DNA of 45,854 bases, counting the filler, from Sphacelaria rigidula (Eukaryota): the NCBI GenBank assembly GCA_964200075.2. It is 2 parts of 2 records of this genome, joined end to end, with 100 filler letters (N's around TTAATTAATTAA, not from the genome) between each part and the next. Parts side by side here need not be neighbours in the genome. Positions count along the whole stretch, not along the records: positions 22,982 to 45,854 come from CAXNAA020000304.1; 1 more part is not named here. One strand, written 5' to 3'. The position numbers and the translations under genes are program-made. Below, piece by piece: positions 36,901-45,854 of the stretch (positions are counted from its first letter, which is position 1; every line of letters starts with the position of its first letter). The notes beneath the pieces were generated by a model. That model was given only the letters and a program-made list of their open reading frames with translations. It did not search any database and was not told where the DNA came from.

Positions 36901-38410
36901 GCACATCACAATACTCGGATGTGTGGATGGAGACAATGAAGATAGAGTTCGATGGACTCGTGGGTGCCGGAAGGTTTGCGAAGGTGAGTGACATTCCTGG
37001 GGGGTGCAACATTGTGGACGGGGAGTGGTTGTTGAGGTGGAAGGGTGATTCACATGGTGTGGTTGACCGGGCGAAAGCCCATATGGCATGAGGTACAGTC
37101 AGGTAGAGGGAGTAGACTACTTTGAGATGTTTGCCTCCACGTCATCTGCTACAACAAACAAGTTGTTTGCGGCTATGGCATGCAGGCTAGATAGGGATTC
37201 GCGGCACTTGGATGTACTGTAGACCAGGCTTTCATTCAGTCGGAGTTGGACACCGATATTAACTAGCGCCTGCCCCCCGGTTGTGGACCAGTATCTCGTA
37301 AGGTGGTACGTCGTACGACTAAAAAAAAAACTTGTACGGATTGAAGCAGAGTGGTCGTGCGTAGTATCAACTGTTGTCGTGAACCCTGGTAGAGTGTGGT
37401 TTCGAGCGATACTCGATAGATCCCTGTGTATTTCGATTAAGGGTTGCTGGTGACGTTGTGGCGGTGATAGTCTTCAATGTGGATGGCATCATGATAACAG
37501 CTACTGGGGAGGTGACAAGAGAGACAGTCGATGCACTCAGCCAGAGATTTCCCATTAGACATCTCGGGGAAGCAGAGTGGTACATGGGGAGTGAGTACAA
37601 AAGGGGCCGAGAGGAGGGCACTCTGGAGATTTCACAAACCCAGTTCATTAGAAGTGTGCTAAATGGTTTCGACGTCTCGAAGACTAGCTCCATTTCCGCT
37701 ATCCCTTCCTTAGACCTCAGGCGTGCAAGCGAGGAGGAGAGCGTGGTGGATGTGCCTTTTCGTGAGATCGTGGGGAGCTTGATGTGGATAGCGAACAAGA
37801 CGAGACCCGATATCGCGGATTCAGTTCGGGCAATCGCTCGGTCCTCTCATGGAATCAAGCTGACTCATTACAAAGCGGCACAGAAGATACTCGAGTATTT
37901 GAATTTTACGTCGGACTCAGGTTTACTTTTCAGGAAGAGTACGAGTAGCGACTTGGGATGTATTCAGTTGGAGTTTAACCTGGAGACGTACGTTAACGTA
38001 GACTACGCCCATAAGGCGGAGGACCGACGTTCCGTTCCTGGTGTAGCTATTTGCTGGTACGCTAGTATCTTCGTTCTCTAGGACGCGGAATTGCTTTACC
38101 CTATTTACCACTGAGGCAGAATATGTAATAATGGCAGACAGTGTCAAGGAGACCCTGTATGTGAAGGGGAATATGAAGTTCCTAATGGCTAGTTTGGGGT
38201 CAAAAACCATTCATGTTTTCGAGGACAACAAGGGGGCGATAGACTTATAGCTCAAGACCCTCTAAGCTCGTCCAACAGTAAGCATATCGATGTACGGTAC
38301 CATTTTCTCAGGAGCTGGCTGCTAGTGGTGACATATCTGTGAAGTGTCTTCAATGAGAAGAGCAACATGCGGATGTTCCAACGAAAGCCATTTTGGCAGA
38401 GAGATTTCGC
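33950..38410 (+). pseudogene. Copia gag-pol pseudogene (gag, Zn knuckle, protease, integrase, RT, RNase H)
   Basis: Remnants: C...RHRRFDC; WRVGSVATFHMT (degenerate DSGA); FHC...H...PCTEC; VSVDLSGP, RSDDEGEF, PERAL; WAEA...KSPYEMW; YSQVEGVDY; LYGLKQSGR; FNVDGIMI (degenerate YVDD); DYA...DRRS, TEAEY, EDNKGAI, SKHIDVRYHF. Many stops and frameshifts. Confidence 0.92.
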
Positions 38411-39833
38411 CAATGGTGACATATCTGTGAAGTATCTTCAATCGGAAGACCAGCATGCGGATGTTCCGAAAAGAGAGCCATTTTGGTAGAGACTTTCGAT
38501 CGAACTCTCTCTCCCAATGGCTTTCGTCACAATATCTGCATGCTTATCATCTGATTGGAGGTTATTTACACAGGACCCCTGGGGGGTCAGTTAAAGTACG
38601 ACAATCACTGAAATCAAATCCATTACCGAGATGTCACCAGTAGCAGCCAGCGCTGGCTGAGTACCTCAGCAGTCAACCAGTATCTACTGTAACGAAAGTC
38701 AAGTTCGGTGGATTCGTCGCATAATCCCGAGTACTAACACCCCAGGGCTGCCATCCCTGTATTCAACGCTGAAAATGTCCATCAGTCAACCGCATTCCGC
38801 GACGTGGGAATTCTCATGCCTTTCGACCGCACCCCGGGTGCCCACAAATCGCACAATATTTTTACTTGCACGGGGATTCGCGAACCCAGAGCCTGGGTTC
38901 TGTTAGATACTGCTTGACTGCTGATACTCAGACAGCTCCCTGAGCTGATAGTACCGTACGTCAATGTGCTTGCTGTTGGACGAGCTCAAGGGGTATTCAG
39001 CCAAGTCTATCGCCCCGTCATTGTCCTCGAAAGGATTCGTGGGTGAATGCTTTCGAGGACAACAACGGGGCGATAGAATTGGCTGAAAACTCCTTGAGCT
39101 CGTCCAGCAGCAAGCATATTGACGTACGGTACCACTTTCTCAAGGAGCTGGCTGCTAGTGGTGACATCTCTGTAAAGTAATTTCATCAGGAGAAGATCAG
39201 CACACGGATTTTCTCAGTACGGCAATTGGTGGAGAGAATTTTGCGAGAAACCGCTTCTTCCTCTTCACCAATGGCTTTCGTGACAATATCCGCGTGTTAA
39301 TCTATTGATTGAAGATTACTCTACAGAGATGTTACTATTTGCAGCCAGCGTTGGCTGAGTACCTCAGCAGTCAGATGGTATCTAACAGTATAACCGTTGC
39401 TACAAGTCAGGACATCTGAACAAGAGCTAATCCCGGGGTTCGATTGTTATCTCGGGGTTCGATTCTCCCCGCTATCACTCCTTCTAGGCCAGAGGTACTT
39501 GGAACGCTTTGCGTGGTGCGTATGCACCACTCTGGTAAGAAGCACAAATAGCCTGCTTGTACCATTGAGTTGGGCAAGCGCGGTGTTGGTCACAGCGATG
39601 GCAAACCTGGGGTGTGGGTACTGGGGGTTATGCGACGGACCCACTGAACTTGACTTTTGTCAGAGATGGCTGACTGCTGAGCTGCTGAGTAGCCCAGCAG
39701 TCGACCAGTATATAACAGGAGCTCGTCCTATAGCAAGCTCATTGACGTACGGTACCATTTCATCAGGGACCTGGCTGCTAGTGGCCACATCTCTGTAACG
39801 TACCTTCAACCAGAAGATGAGCATGTGGGTATC

Positions 39834-39956
39834 TCAACCCTTTGCGAACCGATTATAGTTGTTTGTTCTTGTGAATTGGCATCATTTTGACTTGAAAATG
39901 ACTCAAAATGCCGATTCACAAGAACAAAAATCGTCGATCGGTTCCAAAATCGTTAA
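39834..39956. mobile_element. ~125-bp palindromic piggyBac-like MITE, copy 2 (inside the copia element)
   Basis: TCAACCCTTT...CGTTAA, same hairpin body. Confidence 0.65.
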
Positions 39957-40157
39957 CGAATCCATTGATAGACATAGTTTCGAAAGACACCGCAATTTCC
40001 TCTTCGGAAAGGTGTAGATTTCACAGCTTCATTTTATTTGTAGTGGACTCCATCGATCAAGATAGTCAATGGTGGTAGGGAGTTCGATCGAATGCAGTTC
40101 ATTCGGTCAAAATCACGTCATGCTTAGCCTTGTTAGTCGATACAGCTAGGGAGGGCA

Positions 40158-40547
40158 TGAAATACAGCTCAGATACGAACGTAAGCGAGCGTTTATTAGC
40201 GGAGAAATTGCGGGGTATTCAAGTATTCTAGAAATGTTGTTCAGAAGGTTCCTTGTGGTTGAGGAAGAGCAAATTGTTCCGAGGGTCTATATATTTCAAG
40301 TGCATGCTTATCTACTTGCGGCTCATGCGCCGACAGGAGATTTTGGATCGTGGGCAGTCGAGACAGGGTGGTACTTCACGCACTCCTCTCTCACTCGATT
40401 CCCTCACCTCTTTTCATCTAAATTCCTCCGTGTGGATACTGATGATGATGAAGACTTGCTACGCATCTTCTTCATCTTCTGACTCACTGCAAGAGGGCAG
40501 TAATCTGTTCAGGAAGACAGCATGGGGTTGCTGTTGCTACACCGTCA
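40158..40547 (+). repeat. 3' LTR of the copia element (~390 bp)
   Basis: TG...CA termini, preceded by a PPT-like tract. Shares blocks such as TTGCGGCTCATGCGCCGACAGGAGATT and CTGTTGCTACACCGTCA with the 5' LTR. Confidence 0.78.
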
Positions 40548-40765
40548 TCTCATCGATAGTATCATTTGAAATTACTCACCATGTGGAACAAATAAGAATA
40601 TAAAAAGATACAAATTTCCAGCAAACTCACGGAAGGGTAAAGTACAAAAGTAGGGTATCCTGCGGGTGCTCGTACCCTGCTCACCCTGGTGGCCTATTGA
40701 GTTTCTTCGAACGTCGCAGTGATACTGCGATACCCCCCTCCCCCGCAAACCAGCGTATAGTCCTA

Positions 40766-41423
40766 CATTGCATTTCCTTTTCCATTCTCGTCAATCGCTA
40801 CGGACTCCGAATACCAGGACTACTAGTACTTCACCCGTCCACTCTTACTTCTCCATCCGCCCTTCCTTACCGTCCCTCTCTCGATCTCTTTCGAGAGTAT
40901 CTCCAGCTTATTGTTTCATTTGTATTGGGATGTAGTCAAGGTACTTGTAGTTAAGGTACTAGTTAGTACCTTAAACACATCCTACGAATACAAATAAAAC
41001 GAAGAAGCTGGAGATACTCTCGATTATATCGAGAAAGAGACGGTAAGGAAGGGCGGATGGAGAAGAGTGGACGGGTGAAGCCCGAATACCTACTAGTACT
41101 TCACCCGTCCACTCTTCCTTTTCCGTCCGCCCTCCCTGACCGTCTCTCTCTCCATCTCTTTCCAGAGTATCTCCAGCTTGTTCGTTTCATTTGCCTTCAT
41201 GGGATGTAGTCAACGCACTTGTAGTCAAGGTACTAGTACCTTGACTACATCCCATGAAGGAAAATGAAACGAACAAGCTGGAGATACTCTCGAAAGAGGT
41301 CGAGAGAGGGACGGTAAGGAAGGGCGGATGGAGAAGTAGGAGTGAAAGAGTAAAGTACTAGTAGTGCTGGTATTCGGAATCCGTAGCGATTGACGAGAAT
41401 AGAGTTTGAAAGGAAATGCAATG
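40766..41423. repeat. Four-arm double palindrome (A, A', A, A')
   Basis: Symmetry centres near 40962 and 41234/35. Perfect 30-bp palindrome TGTAGTCAAGGTACTAGTACCTTGACTACA at 41220-41249. The outer arms also pair. Confidence 0.9.
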
Positions 41424-41549
41424 GAGTAACTCTAGGCTGTTTAGCAAGAAAAAAAGTAGAAAGGCAGGGAGAACACTTCCGAGTCACGCCAGAACAGAGC
41501 GCGAGCCAAGAGCATACATATATACTTATATACCTGTGTTTCAGTGTAC

Positions 41550-41699
41550 CTGCAACTCGACGCCGAAGAGTGGGCTGATAATGGTCGCCGCAACCGGCTC
41601 TGAAGCCTTTATGATGTGCGTGAACGACACGGCTCCTGCGCTCATGGAGAGGACGGCAGCCAAATGTCCCCCGGCATGAAGGAAGGCAATGGGCAGCAG
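41550..41699 (-). CDS. TPT: TPT exon 3 (LLPIAFLHAGGHLAAVLSMSAGAVSFTHIIKASEPVAATIISPLFGVELQ)
   Basis: TTGCAG| acceptor, CAG|GTACAC donor. Contains the conserved VSFTHIIKASEP motif. Confidence 0.93.
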
Positions 41700-41772
41700 C
41701 TGCAAACAAAATTAGCATCCAAACACGAGAGCAAGGCGGGGGGAAAGGTAGGGGTGAGCATCCAAGAGAGTT

Positions 41773-41850
41773 AGGGGGGGGGAGGGGGGCTACTCATTTA
41801 TTGCTTGTCTTAGTCATTATACTTGACTACGAACCCCTTTCGAAACGGAG
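41773..41850 (+). repeat. Repeat family A copy
   Basis: G(n)CTACTCATTTATTGCTTGTCTTAGTC...CCCTTTCGAAACGGAG. Confidence 0.7.
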
Positions 41851-42416
41851 AGAGTGAGGGGGGGGAGCGGAGGGGCTACACACTGGACAAAGCATGCTTG
41901 TGTATATTCCGTCTATTATTATTTTTGTTATTATCATGATTGCCGGAATGTTGATTTTTATACAATATTGAGTGACTGAGCGACTGATTAGCTGTCGCAC
42001 ACTAACAGTATTAACTCATCCGCTACATGATAAGATGTACGTACTCGAGTAGCCAGCGGAAGAATACTCATAACAATGCTCCTCCCATCCCATTCCATCG
42101 AGGGACCTGAAACCAGTAGATACTACCACTTGGTCGCACGGAACTTTCGCAGAGTTTTATTATCTGCAGGTGACGTGAACACCGGTATTTCGCATATTTT
42201 GCGGGACTCGCAGTCCCAACTGCTTCTTAGCGTGTGAGTAGAAGCAGGCGTTGATTTGAGATCTGCCAACGGACACTTTGCCTACGACACACTTTGCATA
42301 CCCATTTGCCCAAGGGTTCTCGGCATGCCTTGAGTTGGGATTAGGGTCAGGGTTAGGCTCGTTCGTCGCTCATTCTCATCATCACAATCTCGTCCCCATT
42401 TTCTCCGTCCGTTAGG

Positions 42417-42542
42417 TTAACCCTTTGGGAACTCATTCACGATTTTTGTTTTTCTGAATCAGCATCATCTTGACTTGAAAATAACAGAAAATGATGCCGA
42501 TTCACAAAAACAAAGATCGTCGGTGGGTTCCAAAAGGGTTCA
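42417..42542. mobile_element. ~125-bp palindromic piggyBac-like MITE, copy 3
   Basis: TTAA-CCCTTT...AAAGGG-TTCA (TTAA-type target), same hairpin body. Confidence 0.7.
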
Positions 42543-43479
42543 AACGGCGCGTAGTCTCCTCCTCCTCCTCCTCCTCACTCGAAAATAAACTCTGCATGGA
42601 GTGCACTTCAGAGCAAGCTGCTTCTCACTTGAAAAACAAATCATCAGAGTGGTCGTATTCATCCGTCGCAGGCTGAGCTGCAATCATTTTCGCTTCCTCT
42701 CAGAACCTTAGAACACACATGATGAGAGCAGGGCTTGAAAAAAACGCCATACAACGTGCGATGTAACTCCATGAGTCCACGTCCACGAAGGACTTGGAGC
42801 ACAGTCGGGCGAACTATTCGCACCGCACCTGCTTTTCGCCCAATACTTTCCCCCCGAGTGCCTCTCTGGATCTACACGACGGCTATCGGAGTAGCAACTG
42901 ATCCATTCATTTACAATGCGAAGATAAATATGTACAGCACAGTACAGTACAGTGCAGGACAGGACAGTACCCACAGAGCATTCTTGTACGCAATGCATGC
43001 CGAAAACAACAGTGATTCCCCGACGTTGGGTAAGGAACCAAGGTTTCCGATCACCGCGGAAACCGTCATGGTTTCATGTTACTTTACGTCGAAGGCACGA
43101 CATTCTTCCGGCCCCGTACCCTACCGTGCCACACCGTACCGTATCGTACCGTACCATATCGTACCGCACATTCCGGAGACCACATACCTTGGTACCCAGC
43201 AACTCCTCAAATGACAAAACACCGACCCATACCGTACCGCATTCTACAGATAGCGTGTGGTCATTTTGTAAACACCGCGCGTTGCAAGAGGAGCTCTGGT
43301 GCCTTCTTCACACGTACTTTCACTTTCACTTTCCAACACTGCTGATAACCGTCAACATCCATCAAGCTTCCATGTACGCCAACACAAATCCATCCTCCAC
43401 AAACTTGCGGGACTGTCGGCGAACAAAACCTCGAAGCACGGAACCATAGGTGTTCCGAAGAGTCGAGGTAAGTTATCAC

Positions 43480-43566
43480 CTTGATGATGTCCTGCTGGTT
43501 GAGCTTCGGCATCTTCTGCATCCCGCTAGCCCAAACGGGAATGAGGTACAGGATGCCGATGGCAGT
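43480..43566 (-). CDS. TPT: TPT exon 2 (TAIGILYLIPVWASGMQKMPKLNQQDIIK)
   Basis: CCGCAG| acceptor, AAG|GTGATA donor, 87 nt, phase 0. TM2 followed by the W..G...PK loop. Confidence 0.9.
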
Positions 43567-44457
43567 CTGCGGTCGGTTGAAAGAAAAAAGTACAGGGGGA
43601 AAAGTTCGGGGACAGAAGGGAGGGAGAAGTGTGTCGAGCAAGATAATCACCCCAAACCCGTCCAAGGTTTCCACATCCTACTGCAAAAAAGCTCGTCAAG
43701 CCACCACCATTTACTGACATTTTTCATCAGTCGCCGCTTACAGTATAGGTCATGTACTGTAGTGACACTTTGCGCCTTGAATACGCCGTACTAGGTGTAC
43801 ACGTGAACAGTATACGGAACGAGAGATGGTTCTCCGGAAGATGAAAAAAATCAATCGCCGGATGATCAACCAATGTCTTGAGTTTTGTTTTTGTTCTTGT
43901 TTTTGTGTTCTGTACCGTACACGTGTCCGTTCGAGTATTATTATTTTCAGTGCCACGAGCATCCTTTCTCTGAGATGGTGAGTGATCATTGAAGGCAGAC
44001 TGGATGAGTTGGGAGGCTGATACGGGTCAACCGCCGACATCACCGGTGGACTTGGCCAATCAGTAATTAGTACTCTGCATTATAACCAATCAGAGTTGGT
44101 ACTCTGTATCACAACATCAAGTGACTCAAGATGTGCCTACACCTTGTATGGCGGTTTGTACAGTAGGCATCGAGTGACCTATTTCGAGTGTGAGCACTTT
44201 CAATTATACTTCGTATTAGTTTATCCGATCCACCATAGATTTCCAGCCATCCGCGGTGATGAGACTGTCTCATCAATCTAGCTCCCTTAGCAAAGAAAGT
44301 AAATGGCAAACAACAGCATTCTTCGATAAATCGAGACTGTGAGAAAGGCTATTTTGAGTACGAGTACAGTACACCAGCCCTTGCTCCGATCTGGGAGAAA
44401 AATGCATATATCAACTTACCCTTTACGTGCGTCGAGAACTGCACGGTTGCTACTCAC

Positions 44458-44616
44458 CTGCAGGAAGGCACAGGAGTACGGGAAGAACCAGATCTTGACC
44501 ACCATCTTGTTGCTGACGTTGTAGTAGGCGTTGAAAGCATACCACAGCACGAACAGCAGGGCTAGGCTGAACGCACTGCTGCTGGGCCCACCCTTCGCTG
44601 CGCTGGTGTCCACCAT
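44458..44616 (-). CDS. TPT: TPT exon 1 (MVDTSAAKGG...LWYAFNAYYNVSNKMVVKIWFFPYSCAFLQ)
   Basis: TM1 signature WYxxNxxYNxxNK, donor CAG|GTGAGT, in-frame TAG 21 nt upstream of the ATG. Confidence 0.9.
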
Positions 44617-45854
44617 GTTCTTGTTCCGACTCTCCTATCCTCGGGCCCTGGTACGTAGGTGAACTCTTTTGAATGCACAAGCGGGAGGTTACGGGTCGTC
44701 AGTTGGAGTCCCGTGGCATCTACTGCACGGTTACATATACGAGTAGCAGATACAGTAGGTATGTTGTAACGGTTGAGCGAGGTTGTATTTTTGGGGAGTA
44801 TTTCACACGTATAATCCGTATCGAATCAGGATTCGTGCGTACCGAATCAGGATTCATCCGTATTCGTATTCATTCATTACATGGGTCAAATTCACACGAT
44901 TTGCACAGTAGTACAAAGACTCGTGATGGGCACGTGTTTTGCACTCGTGGACACGAATCACGTATCGACAAACTCCAGCTTCCCTCGTCTCACGCCACCT
45001 CATTTTGCCTCAAAGTTTCGCTTATACTCCCCCTCTTTCCTATCGGTTGTTGATTTTGCCCTTGGTCGGTGGTCGAGCGGTGTGCCCTGGTCCGTGTTTG
45101 TACCGGCTCTGCTGTCCTGTATCCTTTACATTTTTCGTCACTTCAACAATCTCCTATATTATCTTGTTCCCCATCTCTCTCTCTCTCTCTCTATCATGTG
45201 TATTCCTTCCTCAGGGTGTACGCAAGAAACAGTTTGGCGACGTGCTTCCGTAGGGTTCATGGGTGAGAGTTTCGTACCTACAGCAGTACATTAGTGCGGT
45301 CAAAGTAGATGAGCGGCAATCTGTAACCACGTTTTTTTGCTTTTTGGGGGGGGTATCGGTGTGCTTTTTGCGCAAGACCTTGTCCACCGAAGCCATGTGG
45401 CAGAGGCCGGCCATTTTAGTTTCTTCTTCTTAGTCTCCTTTGTCTGTTCTACATTTCAGTTTTCTTCACTTTTTTCAGCGAGTGTTTCCATTTCGTTTAA
45501 TCTCGGATACGTATATCATGTGACCACGACCGGATCGCTGGGGGATCAGTTGCTGTGCGGCAATCAATCAACCAACAATCATTCCAACATGGTACTACTG
45601 TACAGCGCAATCTTTTACCGGTCACACTCGCTGCGTACTGCATTTTGCACTGACAAAATGATCAACTGTGTAGTGCCCAGCCCAAAAGCTGCGAAATGGG
45701 CGATCATCTTCGAAAAAAACGGAGGCATTTGAAATTTGATGGGAAAAAAAAAAGCGAACGGCATAGGACTATGGCCTAAACTGCGATGTACTACGAGCTG
45801 GGCCAGCCCAGAGGCGGATTTGAAGTTTGCAGGCCCATGCTCTTTTATACATTT

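Larger units (their letters stand above)
31866..40547 (+). mobile_element. Degenerate Ty1/copia LTR retrotransposon in TPT intron 3, antisense to the host gene
   Basis: Two homologous LTR-like segments flank gag, PR, IN, RT and RNase H remnants in copia order (IN before RT). A purine tract AGGGAGGG at about 40148-40155 precedes the 3' LTR. Confidence 0.88.
25018..44616 (-). other. TPT: Gene span (3' incomplete): plastidic triose-phosphate/phosphate translocator; complement(join(25018..25121,27663..27830,29935..30027,31354..31425,41550..41699,43480..43566,44458..44616))
   Basis: Seven exons join in frame to 277 aa with TPT-family motifs WYAFNAYYNVSNK, HAGGH, VSFTHIIKASEP, LLPIVGGV, YYLYNE and GNTVK. 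The final exon (expected RV... and last TM helices) was not found. Confidence 0.92.

Overview
Eukaryotic, intron-rich and repeat-rich genomic DNA. Gene architecture and the TPT sequence suggest a stramenopile alga, probably a brown alga (inference). Almost all ORFs in the supplied track are spurious; the real genes are small exons that I joined by splice-site and phase logic. (1) Minus strand, 768-7889: a complete 4-exon gene for a 214-aa signal-peptide plus C-terminal-TM protein resembling Arabidopsis NPU (At3g51610). (2) Plus strand, 9950 to at least 22160: a divergent gene of at least 6 exons for an N-terminal C2-domain protein with a low-complexity tail, 3' end not found. (3) Minus strand, 44616 down to at most 25018: a plastid triose-phosphate/phosphate translocator (TPT family) of at least 7 exons, last exon not found, apparently lacking a bipartite presequence. 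A 100-bp artificial spacer (44 N, TTAATTAATTAA, 44 N) at 22882-22981 separates the two incomplete genes. The 10-kb intron 3 of TPT holds a degenerate Ty1/copia LTR retrotransposon with a nested insertion in its 5' LTR. The most unusual feature is the density of long fold-backs in the TPT introns: serial inverted copies of the copia's own RNase H end, a four-arm double palindrome, an inverted gag-like duplication and a double hairpin. These could supply dsRNA or small RNAs. Several hAT-like and piggyBac-like MITEs and a poly-G-headed dispersed repeat are also present. I found no tRNA, rRNA or CRISPR array.
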